The notes under the pieces: generated by a model | What the model saw: the letters and a program-made list of their open reading frames with translations, nothing else | What the model was told of the DNA's origin: nothing | Database searches by the model: none | From: Candidatus Latescibacterota bacterium | GTDB lineage: Bacteria > Latescibacterota > UBA2968 > UBA8231 | Reading direction: 5' to 3' | Assembly (NCBI GenBank): GCA_965217585.1 | Contig: OZ244561.1 | Coordinates: 448,001 to 512,000 of the forward strand | Length of the DNA: 64,000 bases | Translations under genes and position numbers: made by a program | In this document: piece after piece, positions 48,864 through 60,500 of the stretch | Layout of the letters: the number at the start of each line of letters is the position of its first letter | How positions within the stretch are numbered: the stretch's first letter is position 1

Positions 48864-50525
48864 TTAAGGAGCGGCAGCGTAGCGGGCGAGGGCGTCTTGG
48901 CGGATGTGTACCTCGCCCGCGTACGCTTGGCGCAACGAGTCGAGGAACGCGTCGAAGAGCACACCTTCTCGGCGCTTGCGGATATTAACGCGAATGGGCC
49001 GCTGCACTTGCTTAAAGGGCAGCAACGCCATCTCGTAGGGCTGGTCGAGGCGGAACACGCTGTATTTCTCCTGGACTTCCATCGGGCCTTGTAGGACCCC
49101 GACATCTTTGGAATTGCTGTCGCCAAAGAAGGTGCGGTACGGCGACTGGTAAAGCGACGCAATAGTGACCCGACCGCTGTCGGCAAAGGCGTGGCCGCCC
49201 ACTGGCTTCATGCTAGGCCGCACGGAGTGGCGCTGCGCCAACTCCGCTAGCCGCTCCCCACTGCGCGCCCGCGCGAGAATTTCTTCGGCCTCGGCACGGG
49301 TGTCGCAGAGCACCTCGGTCATCTCGATGACGCCGGGCAGGGAACGGTAGGTCTCCAAGTGTTGCTCGTAGTAATCCCGAACCTCTGCTTCCGTAACGGA
49401 GACCTTCCCCGCCACCGCATCTAAGCGCAATTGCGACACGAGCAGCGACTGCTTCTGGCCCTCGGCCCACGCTACCATAGCGGGCCATTGATGTCGCCCC
49501 TGCATACGGGCTTCGAGTGCCAACAGGGAATCCGGGAGAGTCCACCGCTCAATAGCCAAAACCGCGGCCGCACTGTCGGGTGGCAGCATCCCCTTCTTAA
49601 GCGAGCGGAGCCCCCGCGCGGCATCGCCGACACCAATGCCCCCCCCCTCATATTCAATCAGCGGTGCGTGGAGTTGGTCCAGCGCACGGCCGTGTAACGC
49701 GGCAAGCACGGCGTGGATGCGGTCGCGGTGATAGCGCAAGTCGCGCGCCTCCTTGAGCGAGTCAATCACCGCCCGCTGCCGCTGCGCCCACTTGCGTTGC
49801 CCGACCTGCTCGGCGATGTCGGTGCGCAATTTCTCAAACGGGATGCGCCGCTTTTTGAGGACCTTGACGACCTCGTATCCCTCAACCGTGCGGATCGGCT
49901 CGCTGATCTGGCCTTCCTCCAAGTGGAAGGTGCCATCGCGCAGGCTGGGCACAGCCCCCGCTTGGTCGAAGAAGGCACCAAGATTGCCGCCTTTGTCAGC
50001 GTCGGCGGCGAGGGAATGCTGGCGTGCTAATTCGGAAAAGCTGGCCCCGGCGTCCAATTGGCGGATGATTTCCCGGGCGTCTTCTTCGGTAGCCGAGAGA
50101 ATGTGCGCCGGCCAGATTTCCCAACCGAGCAACTGTTCCTCGTAAGCGGCGCGCAATTCCTCCTCGGTCACCTTGAGCCGGGCGTCAATCCACTCGCGCG
50201 ACAGGTCCTCGGCCAAGCGCTTATTAACCATGTCAGACAGCGTATGGGCGAGCCCGGGCAGTTGGTCTAGCCCCTGCTTGTAGGCCTCGCGCAGCATGAG
50301 TTGCTTGTCGACTAGGGTCTGTAGATTTTCGCCGCGGGCGACTACCCCCTCTTTCTTCGAGTGCAGATAGTCGGGCAGTGCTTGCTCGTAGCGGCGAAGA
50401 TCCAAGGCCGTGATGGTCTCCCCGGCCACCGTGGCCAAGACCGTCTCAGGAGTGGCCGGTTTGCTTTCCGGCCCGCAACCTGCAACCGCTAAGAGGAAGC
50501 CGCAGATAAAAAATCGCTGAAACAT
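48864..50525 (-). CDS. PpiC-type peptidyl-prolyl isomerase/foldase lipoprotein (PrsA/SurA-like, two parvulin-like domains)
   Basis: Lipobox VAGC; HIL, GASFSELARQHS, KGGNLG and GQISEPI motifs, plus a second LAQRHS domain. Confidence 0.85.
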   Translation of the reverse strand: MFQRFFICGFLLAVAGCGPESKPATPETVLATVAGETITALDLRRYEQALPDYLHSKKEGVVARGENLQTLVDKQLMLREAYKQGLDQLPGLAHTLSDMVNKRLAEDLSREWIDARLKVTEEELRAAYEEQLLGWEIWPAHILSATEEDAREIIRQLDAGASFSELARQHSLAADADKGGNLGAFFDQAGAVPSLRDGTFHLEEGQISEPIRTVEGYEVVKVLKKRRIPFEKLRTDIAEQVGQRKWAQRQRAVIDSLKEARDLRYHRDRIHAVLAALHGRALDQLHAPLIEYEGGGIGVGDAARGLRSLKKGMLPPDSAAAVLAIERWTLPDSLLALEARMQGRHQWPAMVAWAEGQKQSLLVSQLRLDAVAGKVSVTEAEVRDYYEQHLETYRSLPGVIEMTEVLCDTRAEAEEILARARSGERLAELAQRHSVRPSMKPVGGHAFADSGRVTIASLYQSPYRTFFGDSNSKDVGVLQGPMEVQEKYSVFRLDQPYEMALLPFKQVQRPIRVNIRKRREGVLFDAFLDSLRQAYAGEVHIRQDALARYAAAP

Positions 50526-50617
50526 AACGTTATCACCTATGTACAAAACTGCGCGGTGCCGCTTGCCCAGCGGCACCGCGCAGCTAGTTAAAATTGGCTT
50601 GTGAACCTTGCGCTGCA

Positions 50618-51376
50618 CTATTGGCTAGTCGCTACCTTGCTCCCGTCAGGATAGATGCGGCCAACCTCGCGCTCAAAGTGCATTTCGACATCCGTATCCT
50701 CCAGAGGATCGCCCTTGTAATCGAAACGCACCACCACATCGGGAATGTGAACGGTCAGGTCCTCCACATCCGGGGCCAGTGGCTTGAAGACTATATACCC
50801 TTCGTTCTCCTGGGCGCTGAACACATCCTCATCGGGAAACATCGTGCGCCGCAAGATGCTGTCGCGCTCTTTCCAGACGCCCAAGGCATTGCCGGGCATC
50901 CCCGGCTCGCCGCCGCCACTGCCGCTGCCGACGTAACGGCGATAGTATATTGAAAGCTGTTCGAATCTCAACGCGTAGTACTTGCGCCCGTTAGAGGTGG
51001 TTATATAGACCTTTTTGGGGTCGAGATAGACCTTGGGGTATTCGTAATTAGAAACGTACATGCGAAAGACGGTGAAGCGCTGCGGGGTGTCCCCAGTGCG
51101 AAAGTACGTCGAGTTGCCAAACGTGTAGGGGTTGCGCGAGTCGGCCCCCTCGTTGGAGTACGAGCCGAATTGGCGGTTCAACTCCTCGTCGGTCATCGGC
51201 CGCAGGCTGATCTCAAGGCGCGCCTGGGTATAGGACACGGTGCCATCGTCGGCCACCGTCTTGTTAGCCCCTTGCTCGGCCTCGCTCAGCGGCTTGAGAT
51301 CTTCGGCATAGTAGCGATAGGAGCAGCCCGGAAAAAGCAGCCCGACCAGAAGCAGCGGCGTAAAACATTTCAGCAT
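50618..51376 (-). CDS. Conserved lipoprotein (NPYTFG family)
   Basis: AGGAGG then MLKCF; lipobox FPGC. Paralogue of 30791..31534. Confidence 0.8.
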   Translation of the reverse strand: MLKCFTPLLLVGLLFPGCSYRYYAEDLKPLSEAEQGANKTVADDGTVSYTQARLEISLRPMTDEELNRQFGSYSNEGADSRNPYTFGNSTYFRTGDTPQRFTVFRMYVSNYEYPKVYLDPKKVYITTSNGRKYYALRFEQLSIYYRRYVGSGSGGGEPGMPGNALGVWKERDSILRRTMFPDEDVFSAQENEGYIVFKPLAPDVEDLTVHIPDVVVRFDYKGDPLEDTDVEMHFEREVGRIYPDGSKVATSQ

Positions 51377-51386
51377 GGAAAACCTC

Positions 51387-54137
51387 CTACTCAAGACCGG
51401 CGAACACAGTGACGAATATGGCCGTTTCGGTGCGCACCTTTTGGGCCGAGGCGCGATCGATCCGCGACACGCGAAACCCAGTTTGGGTCCACAGGTTGTA
51501 GCCTAGGTACTCGGCGTTGTTGGTAAACTGCAAGGCATAGACCAACTCGGTGCGATCCGAGCGCAGCAAATGAGTTTCCAACTCCTCGCGGAACTGCTCG
51601 ACGAGCAGGTACTCTAGGCCGGTCTGCAATTCGGTGCGCGACAGAATCGGCACCTTCAGGACTAGCGACCACAGTTCGCGCAACTCGGTGGTCGCCACCC
51701 GCACCTGCGTATTCTGGCGGCGCGAGGGCCGCTGGCGTTGAAACTCGCTCTTCCAGCGCGGCTGAAATTTGAGGACCCCGAGGTTAAGCGTGTAATCGAT
51801 CTTGTTGAGGACGCCGAAGAAGGACGCCGTCTCGCGGATGTCCTGCTCCTCAATCGGCCGTGTGTCGAAATTGGATTGTTTGAAAACCTCCCACTTAAAG
51901 CGGTTCTTGAAGTGGATGTGGTCGCTCTGGTACTGATAGCCGAGATACAAGGTATTGGCCCAACCATCGCGCAGGGGCAGGGGATCAGTATAGGGCACTA
52001 GGTCGCCGCTCAATCCCTCCCGCACAACCCACTCTATCACGTTGTCGCGGATATCGTCTCGGACCTGCCGGTAGTTGTTGTACACCTGCACGAGCCCCTT
52101 ACTGGCGTAGTCCTTGTCAAAGGTCAGCAAGGCGTAATTGGTGGCGTTCTCGCGGGCGTCGGCTAGCTGGCGCTCGTCGAGGCGGCCGACGGTCAGCCGC
52201 GCCTCTGGCCCCAAATGGGAACCCACGTAAACGTTGTACCCGCGCCGATCCCGTTTGTACAGGTAGTCGGGCAGGTTGTCGTTTTCAAAGCGGTCGATAA
52301 TGCCGTTGTTGTTCATATCGACACCAAAGAGGAACTCGGGGCGATCAGATGCATAGCGCAGAAAAGGCTCCTCGTAATCCGGCACCGTATTCACGCGCCG
52401 ATCGGTGTCGTTTTGGTTGAAGTCGTTGATGAAGTCGTTGTTTTCGTCGAACCCTGGGAAGACCTCCCTATCCTGCGAGAAATTGGCCCGTTGCCAGTCG
52501 GGATTGCGGTCTTGGTCGTCGTTGTCATCGACGAATTCGTACACGAAGTGAAGGTCGTTGTCGTAGTTGATGTCCGCCGCATCGTTTTGGACTCCGGCCA
52601 GAAAGGAAGAGGTACTGTAGGCGGGATCAACGTTATAGACTTCGCCGAAGCCGTAGTATGGATAAGCGCGTTTATACGCATTGACGAACCAAGCGTCGGC
52701 CAAAGTGCTGTGCGCCTTGTGCTGAGTCACGTCGGTTTCCGACCGCCGCGGATAACGAAAGTGCTGGCGGTTGCGGTCGTATTCTCCCGAGAAGTAAAAC
52801 CCGCTGACATCCGTAATATCGAGCGTAAAGCCAAATATCTCATTGGCCACCGGCAACCCGTATTTGACGCGCACAAAGCCCTGATTCGATCCATCCTGCA
52901 CGTTGCCGTCGGCACGCACCGTGCGTTCGGGAATGCCCTCGGAGAGCAAGACCGGCTGGCCGTTGGCGTTGAGCTGGCGGTTAGAGGTAACGTCGATCCG
53001 GTAGTCGTTGGCCAAGAGCAATAGGAATTCAATGCTCTTGATCTGCTCGGGCTGAGGGCCGAAAGAGTTGCGGTACTGAGGTCCTTCTAGATCGTACACC
53101 AGCACGATGACCTCGTTGCCATCGGCCGCGAGAAACCCTTCGCGGCGGAAGCCGCCCTGCACAGCCGGGCTAAAGTCGAGGATGTTGTTGTTGCCAATGC
53201 GGCGGCGATTGCTGATGCGCTCGCCGTCAATGGTCGTGATGATCATCTCCTCCTGAAAAAAGGCCGCACCCGCCTTACCATCCTCGGGCGAATCGTCACT
53301 CAAGCGCACTTCGATACGCGAAACGTCGGCGTTGTTCTGGCCCTCGGTGAGTGTGCCCTTGAAAGGATTGCCCTGAAATGCCTGCCCCTTAGTCGAGGAA
53401 TTGAACGCATTGATGTAGGTCGCTCCCAACTTGACAAAGTCGCCAACCTGCATGGTGCCGCGGCCGCCGATCAAGTTGGTGTCGTTCGAGCGGAAACGAC
53501 CGGTACTGGTCTCCTGCGCCGATCCGCCCGCCCCAGGCGCACTGGGACGCGAGGTAAGAAAGGTCAACTCGTATTTGTCCGTGGCCAAGTCGAACTGAAT
53601 ACCGGCAAAGGTCGGCTTGGAAAAGGTCATCGGCGTCAGCGTCGTGCGGATGCGGTCGCCAATGGTCAGGGCATAGGCGTATTGGCCCTTCTGGTCTGAG
53701 GAGACGACCAAATTTGAAAACCAGCCTTGGAAGTTGGGCCCCTTATACAGGTTGCTGCCCGATGTCTGCGGAGCGGCAATGCTCCAGTCGTAAAGGAGTG
53801 AACCGCGGGTGATGTAATTCCCGTAGAGATCGTAGAAATACTCGCCTTCTTGGCTGGTATTCACATAACGCGAATAATGCCGACGGGCGTAATTGCTATA
53901 GTCCTGTTGCCGCCATTGGTACTCATTGAAGAGTTCTTGGGGTATATACCACTTCTTTACCGCCGGATCTAGGGCGTCGAAGAGCACCCCTGACCCAGTG
54001 GGTTCGTAGAATACTTCCCCGCCGCGGCGCACGCCCAAGCGCGAGCCGAAATCCTCCTGTGCGGGGAGGTTTTCCACCATCGCTCCCAACATCAGGATCG
54101 CCACCGCACCAGTGCGGAAACCCCTAACTATGTTCAC
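51387..54137 (-). CDS. Large putative outer-membrane protein of unknown family
   Basis: GGAGG then GTG at 54137. Signal peptide, amphipathic beta-strand-rich C-terminal third, and EF-hand-like acidic loops (DDNDDQD, DENNDFIND, DMNNNGIID). Confidence 0.7.
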   Translation of the reverse strand: MNIVRGFRTGAVAILMLGAMVENLPAQEDFGSRLGVRRGGEVFYEPTGSGVLFDALDPAVKKWYIPQELFNEYQWRQQDYSNYARRHYSRYVNTSQEGEYFYDLYGNYITRGSLLYDWSIAAPQTSGSNLYKGPNFQGWFSNLVVSSDQKGQYAYALTIGDRIRTTLTPMTFSKPTFAGIQFDLATDKYELTFLTSRPSAPGAGGSAQETSTGRFRSNDTNLIGGRGTMQVGDFVKLGATYINAFNSSTKGQAFQGNPFKGTLTEGQNNADVSRIEVRLSDDSPEDGKAGAAFFQEEMIITTIDGERISNRRRIGNNNILDFSPAVQGGFRREGFLAADGNEVIVLVYDLEGPQYRNSFGPQPEQIKSIEFLLLLANDYRIDVTSNRQLNANGQPVLLSEGIPERTVRADGNVQDGSNQGFVRVKYGLPVANEIFGFTLDITDVSGFYFSGEYDRNRQHFRYPRRSETDVTQHKAHSTLADAWFVNAYKRAYPYYGFGEVYNVDPAYSTSSFLAGVQNDAADINYDNDLHFVYEFVDDNDDQDRNPDWQRANFSQDREVFPGFDENNDFINDFNQNDTDRRVNTVPDYEEPFLRYASDRPEFLFGVDMNNNGIIDRFENDNLPDYLYKRDRRGYNVYVGSHLGPEARLTVGRLDERQLADARENATNYALLTFDKDYASKGLVQVYNNYRQVRDDIRDNVIEWVVREGLSGDLVPYTDPLPLRDGWANTLYLGYQYQSDHIHFKNRFKWEVFKQSNFDTRPIEEQDIRETASFFGVLNKIDYTLNLGVLKFQPRWKSEFQRQRPSRRQNTQVRVATTELRELWSLVLKVPILSRTELQTGLEYLLVEQFREELETHLLRSDRTELVYALQFTNNAEYLGYNLWTQTGFRVSRIDRASAQKVRTETAIFVTVFAGLE

Positions 54138-54184
54138 AGATACCCTCCCTTGTTGTCGAATTCCGGTCTGAACTACTACCTTTA

Positions 54185-57100
54185 TCAATAGGCCACGTGA
54201 ACGAGGCGCGTCAATTTGCTATCTTGATCGTCGGCCTCCAACCTGATCTGACAGAGATAGATCCCCGGCGGCACAATCTGCCCACCCAGATCCCGTCCAT
54301 CCCACACAAACGCCTGCGTCCCTACCTTGCCACCTGTCGCCGAACTCTGCCCTTGGCCTACCAAGCGTCCACCCAAATCGTACAATGCGACTTCCAACGG
54401 ACGCTCCTCCTGTACCTTCAACAAGACAAAATGCACCAAAAGCTGGTCGTTGACCCCATCGCCATTGGGCGTGAAGACCGGTGCCAGCACTACGTCTTGG
54501 ATCAAAGACCCCGGCAGAGCCATTAGGCTGACCTGCGCCGTCGAAGAATCCACCAACTCGGTCGCATCCTTGTCGGCGGTGTCCACCCGTTGAAATACGC
54601 CCTCATCCGAGTCCGAAGACCGCACGAACGAAGCGAATTCAATGCCCTCGCGGAAGCTCTGCGATTCAAACTGCACCTCAATGAGGGCGTGCTGGCCAGC
54701 CGGTAGGTCGGCATTGAGCGAAAAGGGGAAACGCACCCAGATCGAATCCGCGCCGGTCGCCATCCGCTCCAACACCGCGCCGTCTGCGTCGCGCAGGACT
54801 CCGTCGTCGCCGAGGGTAAAGGCGCGGTCAAACTGCGTAGTCGTCGCCGAGGTCAGCACTTCCTCCGGATTGAGGAGCGAGGGTGTCTGGGTGATGGCGA
54901 CCTGCCCCAAGCGCACCCCGGTCAAGCGCGCCGCACGCGGCGCGACGACCAACACCTCGTTAAAACCGTCGAGCACCGTCGCATCGGTCGGGTCGGGCGC
55001 GGCAGCGCGGATGAAATAAGCAAATTGCTGCGGCGCGAGCGGATCGACATTGCGCGGCGGGGTGTAGTCCGAGGTCTGCACATCCAAGTCGGTCGGAACG
55101 CGCGCGGCTCCCTCGTCGCTTAACAGCGCCAACTCGCCAGCTAGCTCCAGCGACAGCGGTGGTGCCAACTCAATGCGCAACTCGCGAATACGCGCCGTCT
55201 TGAAGGGATCCTCAGAGGAGATATTGACCCGCACTTGGACGAACTTGCGCGGATTGGGCGAGGTGATGGTCGCCACGTTGACGCCATTGGTGGGCAAATA
55301 GCTCTCGCTCCACTCGCTCCAGCCGACAAACGCCAGTTCGCCGTCCTTGGCAAAGCTCGACCGCGGTGCCCGGCGTAGCTTCCTGCCGTCCTCGTCCACC
55401 AGACCATCGCCGTCATTGTCAATCAGGTCAATCGGATCCTCGTCGGTGACCCCGTCGCCATCGTCGTCGGTGCGCGAGGCGTGTTTCTGGCTGGCGGGCA
55501 GGGTCTGCCAGATCTCCCAGGCCGTCCACTGCAAGGCGATCTCGTCGTAGCTCTCTTTCGTCACTTCCTCGCGCTCTTCGTTGCCGGCGATGGTCACGAC
55601 TTGATAGTACGTAAAGTTGGTGTCGGTCTGATCGGAGGTGCGAGTCTGTATCTGCAAGCGGACATCGGGGTGTAGATGAAGCGGCTCAATTCGCTCGCTC
55701 GCTTGGCCGGTGAGCGGATCGGTCTCGCGGACGATGACATCGCCTTCCCAAGCAATGCGCGGCAGGGTTTTGCGAATGAAGTTGCCGCGCGAATCGGTCA
55801 GCGTGATCGGTGGTGAGTAGGCCCACACGCTGACCGGATACCCCTCGCCGTAGAGCTGTATCTCGCCCAAGGTCGCCAGCGCCCCATATCGGCCTGACGC
55901 ATTCCCGGTGACGTCGATGTCGCGAATCTGCATAAAGCGGATCTTGCGCCAGGGAAAAGTCTCGCGGAAAATGCGCACGACTGGTGGCGTGCGGTTATCG
56001 ATGTGCTCCTCGCTAATGATGTTGTCCCACTTGAGCGCTTCTTCGAGCTGAGGAAAGTCCTCGCGGTCGTCCATGCTCACGGGTTTGAGCAGCGTGCCGT
56101 CGGAAACCAAGATATCCGGCCCCATGAAAGCGCCTTTGTTACTCTGGTTGATGCGCTTGTTGACTACTGAGACATTATCGACCCAAAACACAGCACCTAA
56201 GTCGTACCAAGCCGTGCCCTTGAGGTACACCGGCGACCACGTATTGGCCAGCCACTCCGAGTCGTACAGCCCGTCGGTGGCCAAATTGGGCGCGCCCAAG
56301 CCGCCGTTTTCAAACGAAGCCCCGCCGCGCCTTTCGGGTTGCAGCGCGTAGTTGTCGCCCTTAGCCCAGACCTGAACCTCGGCAATCCGGGGGACCTCCT
56401 TGCTATAATAGAGGATCGGACCGCGCTTCTCCTCGGGCAGGGCTTGATACTTTTCTTCAGCCGTCAGGTTATCGTCGCTTTGGAGCTCGACGAGTAGGCC
56501 ACCAGCAGTTTGGCGCTGATAGACGATCGCACCGCGCTGCTCTTGGGGCAATGCTTCATAGGCGAGGCGCGCCTCTTCGCCCGTGCCCAAGAAGGCGTCG
56601 CGCCAGAGGTCTGAATCCGTAATTTTAATGCGGACGTAATGGATAAAGGCTCCGCTGATATCGGGCAGATCGTCACCGTCCCAGTCAGCCGTATCTAGCG
56701 GCGAGAGGGGGAAGTTCATCTGCACATAGCGCCCCTCAGTCCCGGGCATCGGAACCAGCGTCACTTCACCGGTCTCACCTCCTCCCCCACCTTGGGCTAA
56801 CTTGCCGGCGACGAAGCCGGTAGAGACTTGCCCTATGATGGAAAACTGGAGCTTGTTACCCAAGGGAAAGGGAAAGCGCTCGCCCATCGAGGCGAAAAGC
56901 GCGAAGGACTTGATCGGCTCGCCGAGGAACTCGTCCTCGAACTGACCAGCCGGAAAAATGATCGTCAGGCTATCGGCAAAGACCAGCCGCCCCAAATCGA
57001 TTTCAATCTCCCAGTTGCGCAGGCCGTCGAGATGGAAATCCCCAGGGCGGGTCAGACGGCTTGCATAACTGACTGGTGTGTCCGGCTCCCAGAAGGTGTT

Positions 57101-57475
57101 CAAGTCGCCATCGATGATATTATTGGCCAAGGCATCGTTGGATTTGGCCATCGCCCCCCCAGAGACTAGATCGCCGTTAGCGCGGACTAAATCAGGATAG
57201 GTGAAATCGAGAGCCGTCGGGGCCACGTTGATATTGCGGCGGAAGAACGTCGGCCGCAGCCCATCTGCCTCAACTCGGAAGATGTCCGCATCGCGGATTA
57301 GCAAGTTCAGATTCGCAACCAGATCGTTCTGATAGATCCAGTTTCCCCAGTGCGAAGCCCGATCCACGCGGATCGAATTGTCGAAAAGCCTATAGGCATT
57401 CGTTTGGGCCACACAGAAACTAGGCAGAGATAGTACGGCGAGGAGAACCGTCTGCCGCTTTAGCAGCCGTTTCAT
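54185..57475 (-). CDS. Secreted double-discoidin-like/FlgD-Ig protein (array 3, downstream copy)
   Basis: 1096 aa with IIDGDLNTFW..IDLGR, ATDG..W..YDLGA, acidic repeats, WSEWS, FTPNGDGVND and terminal VAY. Confidence 0.9.
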   Translation of the reverse strand: MKRLLKRQTVLLAVLSLPSFCVAQTNAYRLFDNSIRVDRASHWGNWIYQNDLVANLNLLIRDADIFRVEADGLRPTFFRRNINVAPTALDFTYPDLVRANGDLVSGGAMAKSNDALANNIIDGDLNTFWEPDTPVSYASRLTRPGDFHLDGLRNWEIEIDLGRLVFADSLTIIFPAGQFEDEFLGEPIKSFALFASMGERFPFPLGNKLQFSIIGQVSTGFVAGKLAQGGGGGETGEVTLVPMPGTEGRYVQMNFPLSPLDTADWDGDDLPDISGAFIHYVRIKITDSDLWRDAFLGTGEEARLAYEALPQEQRGAIVYQRQTAGGLLVELQSDDNLTAEEKYQALPEEKRGPILYYSKEVPRIAEVQVWAKGDNYALQPERRGGASFENGGLGAPNLATDGLYDSEWLANTWSPVYLKGTAWYDLGAVFWVDNVSVVNKRINQSNKGAFMGPDILVSDGTLLKPVSMDDREDFPQLEEALKWDNIISEEHIDNRTPPVVRIFRETFPWRKIRFMQIRDIDVTGNASGRYGALATLGEIQLYGEGYPVSVWAYSPPITLTDSRGNFIRKTLPRIAWEGDVIVRETDPLTGQASERIEPLHLHPDVRLQIQTRTSDQTDTNFTYYQVVTIAGNEEREEVTKESYDEIALQWTAWEIWQTLPASQKHASRTDDDGDGVTDEDPIDLIDNDGDGLVDEDGRKLRRAPRSSFAKDGELAFVGWSEWSESYLPTNGVNVATITSPNPRKFVQVRVNISSEDPFKTARIRELRIELAPPLSLELAGELALLSDEGAARVPTDLDVQTSDYTPPRNVDPLAPQQFAYFIRAAAPDPTDATVLDGFNEVLVVAPRAARLTGVRLGQVAITQTPSLLNPEEVLTSATTTQFDRAFTLGDDGVLRDADGAVLERMATGADSIWVRFPFSLNADLPAGQHALIEVQFESQSFREGIEFASFVRSSDSDEGVFQRVDTADKDATELVDSSTAQVSLMALPGSLIQDVVLAPVFTPNGDGVNDQLLVHFVLLKVQEERPLEVALYDLGGRLVGQGQSSATGGKVGTQAFVWDGRDLGGQIVPPGIYLCQIRLEADDQDSKLTRLVHVAY

Positions 57476-57589
57476 AGCATTTCCTTTCTTTTCGCGCTTT
57501 CCAGCTAAGGCTAATACACTACGGAAACGATGCGCGTCTGGGGTTCGCCTTCATTTGTTATCGAATTCCGGTCTGAACTGCTGCCTTTA
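57476..57589 (-). repeat. Tandem-duplication junction
   Basis: ~57500..57549 copies the 3' end and spacer of the 60882 gene (GEPQTRIVSVxY-stop). ~57555..57589 copies 54150..54184. Confidence 0.85.
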
Positions 57590-60500
57590 TTAATAGGCCA
57601 CGTGAACGAGGCGTGTCAACTCGCTGTCTCGGTTGTCGGTCTCCACCTTGATCTGACAGAGATAGATCCCCGGTGGCACGACCTGCCCACCCATATCCCG
57701 TCCATCCCACACAAACGACTGCGTCCCTACCTTGCCACCAACCGCCGAACTCTGCCCTTGCCCTACCAAGCGTCCACCCAAATCGTACAATGAAACTTCT
57801 AACGGACGCTCCTCCTGTACCTTCAACAAGACAAAGTGTACCAAAAGCTCATCGTTGATCCCGTCGCCATTGGGCGTGAAGACCGGTGCCAGCACTACGT
57901 CTTGAATTAAAGATCCCCGCAAGTCCTTTAGGCTGACCTGCGCCGTCGAAGAATCCACCAACTCGGTCGCATCCTTATCGGCGATGTCCACCCGTTGGAA
58001 TACGCCCTCATCCGAGTCCGAAGACCGCACGAACGAGGCGAATTCAATGCCCTCGCGGAAGCTCTGCGATTCAAACTGCACCTCGATGAGGGCGTGCTGG
58101 CCAGCCGGCAGATCGGCATTGAGCGAAAAGGGGAATCGCACCCAGATCGAATCCGCGCCGGTCGCCATCCGCTCCAACACTGCGCCGTCTGCATCGCGGA
58201 AGACTCCGTCGTCGCCTGGAGCAAAGGAACGGTCAAACTGCGTAGTCGTCGCTGAGGTCGACACATCCTCCGGGTTAAGGAGCGAGGGCGTCCGAGCAAT
58301 AGCGACTTTCCCCAAGCGCACGCCGGTCAAGCGCGCCGTACGCGGCGCGACGACCAACACCTCGTTAAAGCCATCGCGCACCCTCGCATCGGTCGGGTCG
58401 GGCGCGGCGGAGCGGATGAAATAAGCGAATTGCTGCGACGCGAGCGGATCGATATTGCGCGGCGGAGCGTAGTCCGAGGTCTGCACACCCAAGTCGGTCG
58501 GAACGCGTGCGGCTCCCTCGTCGCTGAGGAGCGCCAACTCGCCAGCTAGTTCCAGCGACAGCGGCGGTGCCAACTCAATGCGCAACTCGCGGATCCGTGC
58601 GGTCTTGAAGGGATCCTCGGAGGAGATATTGACCCGCACCTGAACGAACTTGCGCGGATTGGGCGAGGTGATGGTCGCCACGTTGACGCCATTGGTTGGC
58701 AAATAGCTCTCGCTCCACTCGCTCCAGCCGACAAACGCTAGTTCCCCGTCCTTGGCAAAGCTCGACCGCGGTGCCCGGCGCAGCTTCCTACCATCCTCGT
58801 CCACCAGACCATCGCCATCGTTGTCAATCAGGTCAATCCGATCCTCGTCGGTGACCCCGTCGCCGTCGTCGTCCGTGCGCGAGGCGTGTTGCTGGCTAGC
58901 GGGCAGGGTCTGCCAGATCTCCCAAGCCGTCCACTCCAAGGCGATCTCGTCGTAGACTTCTTTCGGCACTTCCTCGCGCTCTTCGTTGCCGACGATGGTC
59001 ACGCCTTGATAGTACGTAAAGTTGGTGTCGGTCTGATCGGAGGTGCGGGTCTGTATCTGCAAGCGGACATCGGGGTGAATATCCAGCGGCTCAATCCGCT
59101 CGCTAGTTTGGCCGGTGAGCGGATCGGTCTCGCGGACGATGACATCGCCTTCCCAGGCGATGCGCGGCAGGGTTTTGCGAATGAAGTTACCGCGCGAATC
59201 GGTCAGCGTGATCGGCGGCGAGTACGCCCACACGCTGACCGGATAGCCTTCGCCATAGAGCTGGACCTCGCCCAAGGTCGCCAGATGGCCGTACTGACCC
59301 GAAACTTCCCCGGTGACGTCGATGTCGCGGATTTGCAGAAAGCGGATCTTGCGGTAGGGGAAATTCTCTTGGAAAATGCGCACCACCGGCGTGTGGTTAT
59401 CGACGTGTTCCTCACTAATGATGTTGTCCCACTTGAGTGCTTCTTCGAGCCGGGGGAAGTCTTCGCGGTCGTTCATGCTCACGGGTTTGAGCAGTGTGCC
59501 GTCGGAAACCAAGATGTCCGGTCCCAAGAAGGCCCCATAGTGGCTCTGGTTGATGCGCTTGTTGACTACTGAGACATTATCGACCCAGAACACAGCACCT
59601 AAGTCGTACCAAGCCGTGCCCTTGGGGTACACCGGCGACCACGTATTGGCCACCCACTCCGAGTCGTATAGCCCGTCGGTGGCCAAATTGGGCGCACCCA
59701 AGCCGCCGTTTTCAAACGAAGCACCACCCCGCCCTTCGGGTTGCAGCGCGTAGTTGTCGCCCTTAGCCCAGACCTGAACCTCGGCAATCCGGGGAACCTC
59801 TTTGCTATAGTAGAGAAGTGGGCCGCGCTTTCCCTCGGGTAAAGTTTGGTATTTTTCGTCGGCGGTCTGATTGGTATCGTCCTGGAGTTCGACGAGCAAA
59901 CCGCCGGCAGCCTGGCGCTGATAGACGAGCGCACCACGCTGCTCCTCGGGCAATGCTTCATAGGCGAGTCGCGCCTCTTCGCCAGCACCTAGGAAGGAAT
60001 CACGCCAGAGATCCGAATCCGTAATCTTGATGCGGACGTAATGGATGAAGGCCCCGCTGATGTCGGGCCGACCATCCAAGTCCCAATCGGCCCGATCCAG
60101 CGGCCAGAGCGGGAAGGTCATCTGCACATAGCGCCCTCCGGTCCCAGGGACCGAAACCAGCGTCACTGCACCGGACTCACCCCCCACACCGCCACTGGTC
60201 GAGACTTCCTCTATGAGTGAAAACTGGAGCTTGTTACCCAAGGGAAAGGGGAAGCGCTCGCCCATCGAGGCAAAAAGCGCGAACGACTTGACCGGCTCGC
60301 CGAGGAACTCGTCTTCGAACTGGCCAGCCGGAAAGATGATCGTCAGGCTATCGGCAAAGACCAGTCGCCCCAGATCGATTTCGATTTCCCAGTTGCGCAG
60401 GCCGTCGAGATGGAAATCTCCGGGGCGAGTCAAACGGCTCGCAAAATCGGCCGGCGTGTCCGGCTCCCAGAAGGTGCTCAAATCGCCATCTATAACATTG

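Noticed and set aside
5200-54188. Longest-ORF starts at 7353, 14567, 16986, 16847, 22489, 32835, 44972, 50618, 51394 and 54188
   Set aside because: The extensions overlap neighbouring genes or repeats, or precede better starts supported by an RBS, signal peptide or paralogue alignment.
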